From: Callorhinchus milii
Lineage: Eukaryota
Direction: 5' to 3'
Length of the DNA: 64,000 nucleotides
NCBI RefSeq assembly: GCF_018977255.1
Contig: NW_024704743.1
Span: 40,426,001 to 40,490,000 of the forward strand
Shown here one piece after another: positions 25,381 to 39,799 of the stretch. The notes under the pieces were generated by a model. It was not told the DNA's origin, ran no database searches, and worked only from the letters and a program-made list of their open reading frames with translations. Positions within the stretch are counted from its first letter, which is position 1. Each line of letters opens with the position of its first letter. Position numbers and translations under genes: made by a program.

Positions 25381-27154
25381 TATTGTATTGTATTGTAGGT
25401 TCTATATTTTGAATGAGACAAAAACAATAATTTGCATTTACACAGCACCCTTCATGTCGGAAGTCGTCCCAAGGTGCTGGACTGTGAAACATTACACCAA
25501 GGTGCTGTGTGCCTTTCCAGGTGGATGGTAAAGATCCCATGGCACCATTCAAAAAGAGATGGGAATTTCTCCTGATTAGTAATCACCAGATCAAAAAAAA
25601 TGGTTGTTTACTTTGAGCTTATTTTTTGGGTCATTGCTCTGTGCAAATTGACTGCTCTAATTGTCAATGAATACACAAACACTTCACTTCACAGATAATC
25701 CTGTGAAGCACTTTGAGACACTTGAACATGATGAGGCTCTGTATCAAATAGAATGTTTATTATTATTAATGAGAAAAACCTCCATTTGGTTCACTTTCAG
25801 AAAGCAAGTTATCAAACACTTGCATATTGTACTATTCAATGGTGCATGCACTTCCTTGAAAAATTGAAGGCCCCCTCCACTACCACCACCAGCATCACCA
25901 GAAATGCTCTGTGCCTCATGCTCTGTCTTCTGATGGTTACCTATTCTTTCATAAATATTGAAAACATTGACATTTTCATACACATTCCTTAGGAATGCCA
26001 ATCACTTGGGCGATTTTGTCACTGTTTCAATAGCACATTCACAAAATGTGGTTGGTTTTCTTCTATTTTTCACAAAAGGAGCCTACAAAAGAGTTGGACC
26101 CAATATTTCTGAGGGTCCTTTTGCATCATAATGGAATACATTAAAAAGATGCTAAAATAAAACAACATATAAACGTTCCTGAAATTGTTTTTTAGTTATC
26201 ATGGTAAAGAATTTTAAAAACCCTTTACTTTATAGATAATAATCTAAATCTGGAATCAGTGGACTGAACTTCCCTTCAGTATTAAAAGTAATGACATCCA
26301 CCGCTTCAAGCAGGATTTCACACATTAGAAATCCTGTCATTGCCATTGTCCACTGTCAATGCCATTTCATGTAATATCGAAAGGATTTTAACTCTCAGTT
26401 GAGTTCAATCTCATGGTTTAAAATTAGATTCTGACACTGTTACTGCCGTGCAATTCATTCCCACTCATCCAGGATCCTCTGTTGTAGGTCATAAACTATG
26501 TTCCAAGATGACACATTGTAAATGTTGAAATTTTAGGATCCAAGTAAATCCGATGGATAATAATGGATGTGTTGCGAAATTAGACATCACTCCCAAATGT
26601 TCCGCAATGAAGAATGTTGACTGAAGCCATTTGTAACTGCAGCAGGGAATGTGCAGCTACATCTGTTACAATTCCTTATGCATTTCAGACACAGTGCTGT
26701 GACATGCATATTGAGTTCTTAATATACAAGATCTTTCAGTGATCACTGCAAACAGAGGTCATTACTCTATGGACTGTCATATCTGGTTGAAATGATGAAT
26801 GTTACAATGGTACGGAGATAGAATGCTTGATCAGAAGGATGTAAAATACAGCCAAGCTCTGTAAATTACAACAAAGCTATTTTGTTGCAGGGTTCTGTCG
26901 AGTTGCAATTCAAAACAAATGGAAATGGCTTTTTGATCTATAGTAATCTGAAACTGGAAGGAAAAGTAATAGTTCAGAATCATATTTTGCCATTCACAGA
27001 AAATTCATGATTTTTATTGCAATAAGCTTTAAATAATATCACTAAAGTTGCCCATTGCTTTTATTTTAATCCTCTGCTTAAATGTATGCAGTGATTTTAT
27101 CTCATTTTAATTTATATAATCGAGATAATCTCATGGGATGCAGATTTAGATACG

Positions 27155-27615
27155 TCAACAATAAACTGCACTTATATAGCACCCTCCACGCAGGGTAGTG
27201 TCTCAGAGTACTTAACTCCGAGCTTGGCTCCGAGCTAGGGAGAGGGGGGAGGTGGCTGTAAGCACGGTCGAACAAGTGGGTCTTGAAAGATGGGAGAGAG
27301 GGGGCAAGGCGGAGGGATTGAGGGAGAGTGATCCAGAGTTTCAGGGAGTAGTGGCTGAAAGCACGACCTCCGATGGTGGGGCAGAGGGTGCGAGGACGAG
27401 CAGGAGGTCAGTGCCAGTCGAGCGGAAACACCGGGTTGTGGATTGGGGAGCGAGGAGGTTGGAGAGGTAGGGAAGTGCCAGTGAGTAAATGGATTTGAAC
27501 ACGAGAGTGAGAATCTTGAGGTTGACCTGTTCGGTGATGGGGAGCCAGTGGAGCCTGGCCAGAACTGGCGAGATGTGGGTACAGAGTTTGATCCAGGCAG
27601 CAGAGTTTTGAATGA
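27155..27615 (-). mobile_element. L2 3' fragment, second tail type
   Basis: Peptide IQNSAAW...[29 protein letters not shown]. Confidence 0.88.
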
Positions 27616-29009
27616 GCTGATGTAATATACACAATTGGGATGTTATTTTACTAATGTCATCATGCATGAGGTCCTGTCATACCATAAGACATGAATTGGA
27701 ACAGAAATCATAGAAAGTCTAAGCACAAGTGTTTCAAGATTAACCAATTAACATTACATTAATTTTAAGCAAGGAAATTGCTGGGTTACTGAGGCAACTT
27801 GTTTTTGTTTATTTTACCCTGCAAACTCAGCAGGATATTTCATTTCTGCTGACATTTGACCATTAATGTCAGTGCATATTTTAAACATGGGCATTACCTT
27901 GTAAAAAGCAGGAACACTTGAAGTCACATAATGCTTCATTTATCAATCTGGAAAAGTGAATGTCAGGAGTATAAAAGTTGAATCTGGCATATGTTTTTGA
28001 TGTAAGGTAAGAGAAAAGATTCATTATTAATTCAATAGTCATACTACGTACAATAGAGAATAGTACCAATTTGGATCGTGGGTAAGACAAGGGCAAGGTT
28101 ATTTTCAACTACTGATTTAAATAAGAGGGAAGTATAATCCCCCAAGAAAGGAGTCATGTAAATGAAAGCAAAGATGGGAAGAAGACAATGTGAACACATG
28201 TTTATAGTATTGGAAATGGTGAATAGATTCTCTTAAGAGATGATAAGTGAACTGAATAGTGGATTTGGGAGAGAAGAGGATGAAAGAGAGGTAGGAAACA
28301 GCAACATGAGTAAAAGAGAAACACTGTCTAACACTGATATACAGTAGACTCCTGAACCCTGGCTTAACGTGTCACGACCAGTTAAGTAATCATGCTATCA
28401 ATATCCCAACTGCATTTGCTCATGTATTCATACATATGCCGAACTCGCTACTCTGGTTAACTTGTCATTGGGCCCTTTTCCCTTGGAGTAACATTTTATC
28501 AGGTGTTTACTGAAATTATAATTCTGAAAAAAAAAGGAATGAGGTTGTTGAAGACTTTATATTCAGCTGTGGTCCTTGTACGCAATCAATGTGTAGATGA
28601 GTTGTTCATAGACTTGGATAGCATTGTCAAGATGTCTAAGGGCACATAATATTGAAATGATAAAAATAAGAGTACAAGGAAATAGTGATGATAAGATTAG
28701 CAAAATTAGCTTGTTAATTTTGATTTAAAATTCAATGCATGTTTATCACCGCACAACACATTTCTGTTTATTGTTTCAGACATAAATAGAAAAAGAGCAA
28801 GTGAATTTCCAATATTACAGATTGGTGTCTTTGGGTGATGGATTACACTGGTATCTTCTTGCGATTAACGTACATCTGAACTGTGAAGAATATTTTAATA
28901 GTTTTTTTTGCAAGTATGGAATTAAATGTTGGAAAGATCTTGAATTATTCACTTCTATCCTGATTTACTGAACAATGCAATTTTATATGCTCATGTTATA
29001 AGAATATAT

Positions 29010-29440
29010 AATAATAATATTCCTTGTCTTTGGTATAACACCTTTCATGTTAGGACAATGTCCCAAATCGCTTCACATGATATACTGTGAAGTGACGTCA
29101 CCGTATTTTTGAAGGTGATTGCAGCAGCTCAGGTAAGGATGGCAATGTCCCACAAACAGTCATGAAGTGAGTGACCATTTTTTGTTGGCTAGGACATCAG
29201 GAGAAACTACCTTCTCTTTTCGAGTAGTGACATGGCATCTTTATCATCCACCTTACAAGGCAGACAGGGCCTCAGTTTAACTTCTCATCTGAAGGATGGA
29301 AACTTTGACAGTGCAATACATCCCCTGAACTGCATTAGAGTGTCATCTTAGACTATGTGTTTTCACAGTCATAGTGTGTTGAACCCACAATCTTCTGACT
29401 CAGAGAAGAAAGAGTGCTACCAATGGAACCAGACTGGCAC
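29010..29440 (-). mobile_element. Old DeuSINE, near full length
   Basis: Reverse Deu core (GGCAGACAGGGCCTCAGTTTAACTTCTCATCTGAAGGATGG) and head (GAACCCACAATCTTCTGACTCAGAG). Confidence 0.82.
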
Positions 29441-31029
29441 ATACTTGCCCATTTTCTGCAATGAAAATAAACAATGAACAAAAAACAACATTGTTGTGGT
29501 TTGATTTAGTTAAAGAAGATTTCAATCCAGAAGATTCTAAATTTCTGTTCCTCTTTCAATGGGATTTAAACAACAACAACAAATTACCTTTATGTAGCAC
29601 CTTTCACATTGTGAGGACATAATGTCCACTGGGCATTAAGATCAGATTAATATTAAATGTATAGCATTTCATGATAGACAACAGATAGAGGACTCAAAGG
29701 GTTAATGAATAAAGAATATGCAATAAGTATGTCTGGATGAGGCATCAGTATCTGGCAGTGCCAATGGCAACTCCAGAAGCAATTTCTAAAAGCTTACTTA
29801 CAGATAGTACAGCACACAGGGACAATGCATTTTAGTTGACATTCAGAAAGTAATGTCAGCAAATGTTCAATGTTTATTGTCTGCAAGGCTACTGCCTATT
29901 TTTTCATGTCTAAGGATAGTTACAGGAATGCCATCGGAGATATCATTAAGATCAGAAACCAGAAGCTCTCAATGAATGTCGAAGCAGAAATAAATGCTTT
30001 CATTGATGTTTCAATCTCTGTACCATTGCTCATTCATTGTTCAAACTCAGTAAAACTGTGAAGATTTCTCTGATTCTCAGTTTTTAAACCAGAGTATTAT
30101 CAAAACATCAAAAAATTGTCAGATTCAAAACAGGTATTAAAATGTCATATTGTAAAATTTTGCACCAAATCCTTAATATCCTTTGATTTGCATAGGGACA
30201 CATGATAATATTATTGGTCTCAGAACGGATTCATGAAGAGATGTCAGCTGCCTTTTTTATGATAGAGCATAATGAACTGTGTTCACTGAACCATGTCAAT
30301 CAATTATATGTTCACTAAAAGCACACTGAGATGAAACAGTAGATGTTATTAATTTCATTGAAATTTATAAGGTTCTACATTGTTTAACACAGATATTGCT
30401 GAGTGCTTGATGTTGGCAGGTGTGTTCTCTGTTCTCAGGTTCTTGAGTGTTTACAAATAGAACAGAATAAAGAAAATACATTTAGAGCTGTGCATAACCA
30501 GGAAAAAATTTCTTTCATCCCAATATAATTATTTTGTTTCAATCTGTGTTTTTCTCTGAAATGGGGTGTAAATAGGGTGGAATAAATACTGCTCCATATA
30601 TTATATGGCTGAAAGAATAAGAATTTTTTATCTACAGGAAATAATCCAAATCCGTAATTTTAAAATATTATAACTATTTGTTACAAGAAGATGTCTGGCC
30701 ATCAAGTAAACCTGTTGATAATCCCCAAGTCACACAGTGCTCTAATGAATAAGATTCAGCCCGATTATTCTAAGGGTTAAATATGGCATGATATGTGTGC
30801 GGAGGTCACCTTCCACATCCTCATGTTTGTGATCAAACACAATAAGTCTATTTTTTGTGTCACTCTTTTTCACAGATCGAAAGGATACTCAGATTGAAAA
30901 TAGGATGATTCCAAACATAGTTGGCATAACTCGCTTCAAGATTTTTTTTATTGAGGAATCCCATATGAAATTGACCTGTTTTAGACGCAAGTATCTTTTA
31001 TCCTATACTGCATTGATACACAATGATTA

Positions 31030-31862
31030 TAATAATAATAATAATTCTTGCATTCGATAACAACAACTTGGATTTATATAGTGCCCTCCACGCCGGACGG
31101 CGTATCAGAGCGCTTTACAGTAACAGATCCTGGGGCCGAACCAGGGGGAGGGATGGGAAGGTGACCAAAGGCGCAGTCGATAAGAAAGGTCTTCAGCAGA
31201 GACCTGAAAATGGGAAGGGAGGGAACGAGATGAAGGGAGTGAGGAAGGTAGTTCCAGAGTTTCGGGGCATAGTGGCTGAAGGCACGGCCGCCGAGAGTGG
31301 AGCGGAGGACTCAGGGGACAAGGAGGAGGCCAGACCCGGAGGAACGAAGGCAACGGGTACTGTGCTGAGGAGAGAGGAGGTCAGAGAGGTAGGAGGGTGC
31401 AGAGGAGTGCAGGGACTTGAATACGAGGGTGAGGATCTTGAAATCGATCTTCTCTGGGATAGGCAGCCAGTGCAGTCTGGCAAGGAGTGGGGTGATCGGG
31501 GAGCGGATATAGCAACTTATCATGCTTTCTAGAACTCTCAAAGAGTTTCATAGAATATACTGTGAAATGAATTGACTGTATGTTTTGCAGGCAAAACATG
31601 GCAGCCAATTGCGCACAGCAGTGTTCCACAAACAGTCATGGATTGAGTGACCAAATTATTATTTCTTATTTTTTTGATAGGATTATTACCCCTGGAAAAT
31701 CGATCCGTCAATTGACTAACAATTGGGTTCCTACTTACTGCTCGGTAAACAGAGACATGTGGAGTGAGGAAACTTGCCCAACGTTTCGCCCTGTTGAGAA
31801 TCGAATCCTGGTCCTCTCATTTGTGCGTCGAGTACTCTAATTAATGAGCTGCAGAACTCCAC
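31030..31862 (-). mobile_element. Intermediate long-form tRNA SINE whose tail is split by an L2 fragment
   Basis: Head at ~31790-31862, extra internal domain at ~31690-31755, body at 31510-31690. The tail remnant AATAATTCTTGCATTCGATA lies at 31030-31059. Confidence 0.85.
31060..31505 (-). mobile_element. L2 3' fragment nested in the SINE tail
   Basis: Peptide [45 protein letters not shown]. (AAC)n end at ~31059-31067. Confidence 0.92.
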
Positions 31863-32496
31863 TTAATATATCATAAGAAGTAGGCTTTCAATGTTTGATA
31901 TCATATGAATTGTTACCCTCCAAGCAAAATGTCTCGCAAATGAAACTGCAAAACTGTGACAACCATCTCTTTCAAAACATTTCAAAAGCAAGCACCTAAA
32001 TTGGTCAATTATTGTTATGAAATGCATTTGTTTCCTAGTCCTGCCTTATATTTGCTGTTTTCAATGGCGTGATCAGAGTGCCAAGTTTGGGTCCTTGGTT
32101 TCTAATCTGGCCTGATGGAAAATAATGTGAAGTGGCTTGTATGAATTTGTCTTTCCACTCTGTTTTGCTACACTGCCAGAGGCAAAGTCTGTGCTACAGC
32201 CAGGATAAATAATAATAATAATAATCCTTGCACTTGATATAGTGCCTTATCACTTCCTTTTTGACATCTATAAAACATATATACACCATCCATGTCTGAA
32301 AAGAGTGTAAACAGGAGTGGAATGAGGAATCAGCTTGCAATTCAAATGCAGAATTTTGCTCTTCAGAAAAAACAGAGGTTAGATTCCAAAGTGCATGTAT
32401 AGTGTTTACATTGAAATTGCTCTTTCAGTTACTAACAACAGTTAGGTTGGCTAAATCCTGTTTCAGTTTGGTGTCACTTTGCAACTTAGATAGTCA

Positions 32497-32572
32497 TAAT
32501 ATAATATAATATAATATAATATAATATAATATAATATAATATAATATAATATAATATAATATAATATAATAA
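32497..32572. repeat. (ATAAT)n pentanucleotide microsatellite forming a SINE tail
   Basis: About 15 perfect units abutting the reverse SINE tail CCTTGCATTTGATATAGCGCC. Confidence 0.95.
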
Positions 32573-32915
32573 CCCTTGCATTTGATATAGCGCCTAATCA
32601 AATCATTGCGAAGTCTCAAAGTGCTTCACAGAATGTACTGTAAAGTGAATTGACTGTATATTTGGTAGGCAAAAAGCGGCAGCCAATTTGTGCATAGCAG
32701 TGGATTGAGTGGCCAAATTATCATTTTTTTTAGGGTTATTATCCCTGGAAAGCAATCCACCAATCAACTAGCAAGCAGGTTGCTATTTCACTGCTTGGTA
32801 AACAGAGGTACGTGTGTGGAGTAAGCAAACATGCCTAAGGTTTCGCCCTGCTCGGGATTCAAACCCAGGTCCTCCCAATTGCAAGGTGAGTTCTCTAAAC
32901 AATACGCTATAGGCC
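32573..32915 (-). mobile_element. Intermediate long-form tRNA SINE
   Basis: Same layout as 50830-51203, including the CTGCTTGGTAAACAGAGG domain. Confidence 0.87.
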
Positions 32916-34736
32916 TTTCATTATTGGACTTAAACCTAGCTGTGAAAATATTTTTAATTTTATTCTATTCATGTTATGAAATAGGTTTGATTCCAGTCCT
33001 GTTCTGCCTTATATTTGCTCTTGCTCTTTCTACAGATGGCATTTATGAGCTTAGTTCAATGATGCAGCACAACAACAAATCCAAGATAAATTCTCCACTT
33101 GGTGGGAAGAAGGATATGTTTGCAGAACCTCTGTTACTAATTATATCTGAGAATGTTGTGTTACACAGTCACAGAGCACTAAAGGCATAGATAGATGTCC
33201 AATATTCACCACCTAATCTTTTCAGTGTGTCAATGTGAGAAATTATAAAAGAGGTCAATTTGTTAAATTCTCCCTTTTTTAAAAAACAAACTTCTGTAGA
33301 TGTAATGGTTCCAAATTTAGGATTTAGATTGTTTAAACCACGAAAATAAAAGTGCAATTATTGCTGGAACATTTTAGTAACTAGTACTTTGGAGCATTCT
33401 CAGAAACCCTCTTGCCGGTTCAATAATTAATGAATCACCACTTTTAAATTTACTCAAAGCTTGTCCAATTCACACATCTCCACCCCATAGGAAGAGTAGA
33501 ATGCAAGATTCCCCACTGAGAAGTGAAATGGGAGTAGTTTCACAAAATTTACCATAGTGTTGTATGGTTTAGACACCTGGGCTCTGCAGCGCTGGTAGAA
33601 ATCAAAGTGTCTGTTCTGGTATCCTGAGGGAGTTCTAGTGCTGTGAGAAGTCCTTTGTTTTACACTGCTGAGTACAATCCACACCACTAGCAGCAGCAAA
33701 GAAGAAACTGAACATTTATCCAATTGTTGTCAAGTCATGGATCCTGACTTACAGTATTTTCTGCCCATGAAGAGTATCTAATATTCAAGCTTCATGCAGA
33801 CCTGTGCTGTGAAAATCACATTGCTGACATAAATGTGCAGACTGACAGTTCACCCGCAGTCTGAAAAGCATGAGGGCCACCACTGTGAAAAATAGAAGTG
33901 GATCTTCAGACATGCTGTGCATCTGTGCGAGAATACCAATAGCTTCCAAAAAGCACTGAGATTGAAGAGCCAAGTTTACTAATCTGTTCATTGGCGTGAG
34001 AGGGTAGAGAACATTACCATACATTAGTAAGCCTTGCTCGGTAACCTCTAAATCAGGTGTGATTTTCACGGAAATTTATGGGATGTATAAATTTCAAGTG
34101 CAATTAAAATTATGATCATTGCACTTGATATAGCACCTATTATGGCAAAACATCTAAAAATGCTCCACGAATAATTGCTATCAAGTGCAGTTACTGTGCA
34201 AACCCAAACGTGTACTTATAGTCCATAAGGTTTTGGCATCTGCCAGCCTCTACTTGTACTCTTCTTACAGCAGTCAGTCAATTTATAATGCACCTTCATA
34301 CGATTCATGCATGAATGTAAGAGAATGCAATTAGTCTTTAAAGGTGCTTTCTTTTAATTTAACCAACGCACAGCTTATTTTAAATCAATAATTGCTGATA
34401 TGTTAGAGCCTGGAAATACCAACTGGCTGTCCATAATCTATTTACCATAACACAGCTTGTTGCTGAAAATGATTAGTGTTGGTACTTGACTGTACATGGT
34501 ACTTTTGCTTTCTCACTGATAATAGACCCTTCTCTACAAGAATTTACTGATCTCAAATTAAAATTCTTATCAATGATGACTCGACTCATAATTCCAGCAG
34601 CTTCAAACGCTTACCCCTGGTGTGATGACTCTTCTTCCTTTCTATTTGCCAAGGATATATGCACTCATACATTATTTATTAATTGCATTCTCTTACATTC
34701 ATACTAATTCTTTGCATTTCTACCTTCCCAATTTAG

Positions 34737-34806
34737 ATGGTATATGGTCTCATTGTTAGACAGAATCTAAATAGAAACCGTCTCTATTGTTCGGAACAAC
34801 CCACAT
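34737..34806 (+). other. Candidate 70-nt exon (MVYGLIVRQNLNRNRLYCSEQPT in phase 0)
   Basis: Branch-like TACTAAT, a pyrimidine tract, TTTAG| acceptor and CAT|GTGAGT donor. No homology recognised. Confidence 0.3.
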
Positions 34807-35299
34807 GTGAGTAAGCAGCAGTAGCATGTTTCTTACAACTTTTGCAACGCCACAGTGTTGATACTCAATTTATTCAGTCAAAGTGTCTTTTCCTACAAAT
34901 ATATGATCACTACATCTTATATTTCCAACGCAAAGATGCTATATCAAATATAAGCATTATAATAATAATTATTATAAAAGAAGAAAATAATGGATAAGAG
35001 TCTTCATGCCCTCCAATTCTCCTCCTTACGCACTGAAGGTAAAGTCTACCCAGTTGCAGGCTTCATCCCATCCTCTTCTCCCTCCTAGCATGAACTTCTG
35101 TCTACAATAGATACTTATTTTCAAATGGAATTAAACTAAAATGTCAGAATATTCATCCACTCCTATTTGGTCTTCAATCCTCATCTACATCCCTTCACAG
35201 ACAACATCACCCCACCCCCCCCACCCCGACCCGCCCCACCACAGCCCCTTTCCAGGTCTCGGCAGCACATTTGTGTTCCTTGATTTCTGTCCTAAAGCT

Positions 35300-35580
35300 A
35301 ATAACTACCCAAGTGGCCATTCTTCTTGTTGGAGTCCAGACAGAGATTGTTGGCAGATTAATCAACCATGGAAAGCATCACAGCTCAGCAAAATCCTATT
35401 CTAGCATAATATCCACACTTGGAATCCCAGAGGATCGCTGGATAGTGTCCAGGACAAGAAACCCTGAAGTACTGTGTTGATTTAAGTGAGCTAATTCCAC
35501 ACATCCTGGGATTAGAACCTGCAACTTTCTGGCTTGCAATGGCTTATTGCTACACGGAGCAGTGACTCTACCCACAAAGC
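35300..35580 (-). repeat. Very old SINE-like repeat with extended tRNA-like head (family Y); related pieces near 44150-44280, 48120-48330, 55780-56090
   Basis: The reverse strand has GTGGGTAGAG...GCAGGTTCTAATCCCAGG (A/B-box-like), followed by a GAATTAGCT motif shared loosely with the other pieces. Confidence 0.4.
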
Positions 35581-38500
35581 TTTTTTCTTTTCCCCAGAAT
35601 TCTTTTGTTATAAAAATGGTGAAAACAGTAAATTATTAGGGAGAACACATTTCACTTTGCAAAGTCACATCAGAAGATTTCAACGTGTGTTGTTCCTAAT
35701 ACTGGCATGAACCCATTTAGCAAATATCCAATAGTTTATAACAGAACAATGCATTTGTTAATTATTGAATCCAATAATCAATAAGAATAATTCTTGCATT
35801 TGATATAGTGCTTTATCACATCATCAAAACTTCTAAAGTGCTTTACAGTATTTCACATGAATTTGCAGGTGAATTTATGAAAGGTTGCATTTTCACCCCC
35901 AATTTATTTTAAATCTTGTGATCGATTCATTTTGCTGTCAAAAATATTTTTGACATCTGAATTTGTATCAAAGTATTTGTTAATTTCCTGCCAGATTGTT
36001 AGTTTGCTTCATATGTGCAGTAAAAACAATTACAACCACTGCAGAAGAATGGAATTAAATGCACACCCGAAGGCTATTAAGCTACGTTTGAAATGATCAT
36101 AAACTTGTAAGTTGTATGGGTGATTTTCTTTAGCATATGTCACAGTCTTCTAGGCCTGCACACACAAGTGACACACATTAAAAGCAGGAAATTGCTCTTC
36201 TCCTGTGATGTAAATCACAGTGCTCTATCTTCATTATTTTATTTCATATGCTGTCATTAATCCGACAGAAACTAAGCAATAATTATTCTTTAGTTATTAG
36301 CTGTGTCAAAGACAATGCATTATAGTCTATAATTCCACTCCCTTATGGAGATAAGGTTCAGAATTTCCTCAGTTATCTTTTATTCCAATTAGTAAGGACA
36401 AGAGCTGATTTATGAAGTTTGGTGTTTTAATGTCATCATGATCAAACTAAATTATCATGGCATATCTGAATGAATCAATACAGATCATACAGTGAACAGC
36501 TTAGAATGTGGCTTCCTTAGATTATAATCTTTATGATGATGTTAACAAAAGCTCAACCACTAAGGCAATGGATTTTCAAGGAAGGCTATTAGATTTATCC
36601 AAAACACATTAGATGTCTTCATTAGAGCCTATTGTTAAGTATTTCCAAAGCTGCATTTATTTTTTTAGAAATTTGTTAGGATGTGGCATGATCCATACAT
36701 TTCTCGATCCTGTGAATTGTATGTGTCAGGGGTATTCCAAATAAATTATTTATGATGTTCAGCTTCAACAAACACCATTTACATAGCTCCCTTCACATGA
36801 TTGAGTCTAAGAGCATGTAACAGCAGTGTGGATTGACGCCAAACTAGAAAAGGTGGGGAGGTGATCGAAGACACAGAGTAACATGAATCAAGTGTAATTT
36901 GAAAATGGATAGAGAGGGTGCAAGAAGGAGAGATGGAGGCAGGAGTTCCAGAGATTAAGGACATAGCTCCCCTCTCGACTCTCTACACCCTCCTCGCTCC
37001 CTCCCTTCCCTCCCCTCACTCTGACCATTTCCCCCCCTGCTCGGGTCCTGACCCAACTGTACAGCACCTTGGGACGTCCTCCTGACGTGAAAGGTGCTCA
37101 ATAAATGGAATCTTGTTGTTGTTGATAGTTCCTAAAAGCTTGGCCAACAATTGTGGAGTGGAATGGATGAGGGATATGCAGCAGATAGCAGACTTGTGCG
37201 AGCTGAGCCAAGGTGGTGGATAGAGGGGGATGATGTGAGCAGACAATAATCAACAACAAAATCAGCAATTTGCATTTATACAACACCTTTCATACAGAGT
37301 CACCTATTGGAGTACTGAAGAATGGCTTAATTTGATGCTGAGCTGGGGAGAAAGGAGAGGTGACCATAGGCATAATCAAAGAGGAAAGTCTTCAGGTGTG
37401 ATCTGAAGAATGTCAAAGAAGGGCCAACATGGAGGGATTGAAGCAGGGAGTCCAGAGGTTTGGGGCGTAATGGCTGAAAGCACGGCCGCCAATAATGAAG
37501 TGGAGGGGATGAGGGATGCGTTGAATTCCCAAGCTGGTTGAGCGTAAGGGCTAAAAAGTGAGTTTGAGCAGGAATTTAACATATGAGAAATCTAGTTCAA
37601 CATTGTGAATTCGATAAATGACAATTGACCTTGAATGGAAAGAGTCGTTCAAAAGGCTGAAAGTGGATGAGCAGTGAAGAAAAAATGGAGATATTTAAAC
37701 TGGAAGAGAATACTTAAGAGGAAAACCCTCAATGGAATACACTAACTAATTAATGGTAGAGGTAAAATAAGTCAATAAATAATGAGAAATCCATTTAGAA
37801 CGGATAGCAGGAAACACATGTCCAATCAATGAATAATCTTTTGTTTGATCAGCCACATGTGGAAAACCATCACCATTATTACAGATATCCAAATCCGACT
37901 AAGTGTTCAACATGTATATGTGGACATTTCCATTTGTCTGTACTTATTGAAAAATATTAATATTAGTGAATATAAATTATTATATTATCTACTAAGCAAG
38001 ACAATGTCAGCAAAGTGTTATATTTATCTGAAATAATATTAGATATGTTTTAAACAGTAAAAATAAACATCTCAGAATTGCAATTATTGTGCTTTTGTAT
38101 CAAAAAATTGCACATTATCATCTCAAGATTCTGCTTGCCAAGTTTTTTCTTTTTGTTCAATTTTACAGTATACTGGGTTAGCACAATTTAAGTGCAAAGA
38201 TGACTTGACAGGACAATCTTCAGTCATTGCAGTGAATAGGCAAGTTGTTGGATAACCAAGTTAATCCCAACTGATTCCAAATTCTGCTGCCCAGCTCTAT
38301 AGTTTGTACGCGCATCATGTTAGTCTTTGCTAAGTTCCACTGGATCCCTGTCATAGATCAACTTCCAGATCCTCACAGTTGTCTTCAAATCCCTTCATGC
38401 CCTAGCACCTCCCTATCTTTCTAACCGGCTTTCTCCCCACTCCACGACCAACAGTCTCTGCTCGGTTGGTTTCAGCCTCTTGCGTGTCCCTCTGCTCCAC

Positions 38501-39164
38501 TACATCCCGAAACTTTGGAATTCCCCTCAATCCCTCCACCTTGTCCCCTCCTCCCCCATTTTCAGTTTGTGCCTGAAGACCTTTCTCTACAACCAATGCT
38601 CATCAAGAAATGTCATTAATTTAAATGTTTTCTGCATTTTTTTATTCCTTGAATATACTTGATGGTGTTGACCTTAAAGGTTAATATGGTAAATGAATAT
38701 GATAAATCTCAGTGACTGCTCTTGCAACTTGCCTAACTGCTGTGAATAAAATTCCAGGACTCATTTTGTTGCTGCACTCTGCTACTCTTAAGCACACAAC
38801 TGACGTAATCTAATTTCATGCATCTAAACTTATCTATGCACATACTTGGAAGTGACATTAACTTAATGTATTTTGTAGTACTGTATCATGACTCCCAAAT
38901 ACAAAAATGCAATGTTGTTGAATGACGGAGGATAATTGCCAGTTGTTTTTGTTGTTGCTGATTCATTATCTCTTATTTGTCCATTTCCATTACCCTTCAA
39001 GGAATACAGTAAGAATTTTTTTTACACACACACAGATAAACTTCCAAAGGCATGTTTACGGTGATTTATTTGTAGAAGGTGTTATTTAAGACACTAAAAA
39101 GCCACGAACATTCTCATGATAAAACTATATTTTATGTAATGAATGCTGAGCCTGCGCAAAGGCA

Positions 39165-39675
39165 ATCAACAACAACAACAAGATTACATTTGTATAGTGC
39201 CTTTCACGTTGGGAGGACATCCCAAGGCGCTGGACAGTGTACAGCATTTCAGACCCGAGCTGGGGTCAGGGGGCAGAAGGAAGGGGAGGGTAAGTGGGGA
39301 TGGCCGAAGGCATGGTCGAAAAGGAGGGTCTTGAGGTGGGACTTGAAGGAGGCTAAGGAGGGGACGAGATGGAGTGATTAGGGGATGGAATTCCAGAGGT
39401 TGGGGGCAGAGTAGCTGAAGGCTCTCCCGCCAATGGTGGGGCGGGTGGGTCAGGGGACGTGGAGCAGGTAAGAGCCGGCTAAGCGGAGGGAAGGGGCGGG
39501 TTGGTAGTGGGTTAGGAGGTCGCAGAGGTAGGGTGGGGTGAGGCCATGGAGGGCTTTGTATGTGAGGACTGGGATCTGGAACTGGATCTTCTGAAGAATA
39601 GGGAGCCAATGGAGTCGGGCGAGAGTGGGGGAGATGGGGTCATGGAGTTTGGTGCGGGAGAGAACACGGGCTGGA
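39165..39675 (-). mobile_element. L2 3' fragment
   Basis: Peptide [53 protein letters not shown], plus (AAC)n tail. Confidence 0.93.
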
Positions 39676-39799
39676 CATGAAGTCATTTCCATTCTTACGT
39701 GGATCAAAACTATGTAACAATAATTTCTAATTTACAGAATTTTAACATATAATTCAGTTTCTGATTATGCTAAAAGTTCATTTTTGGAACCACACATTA

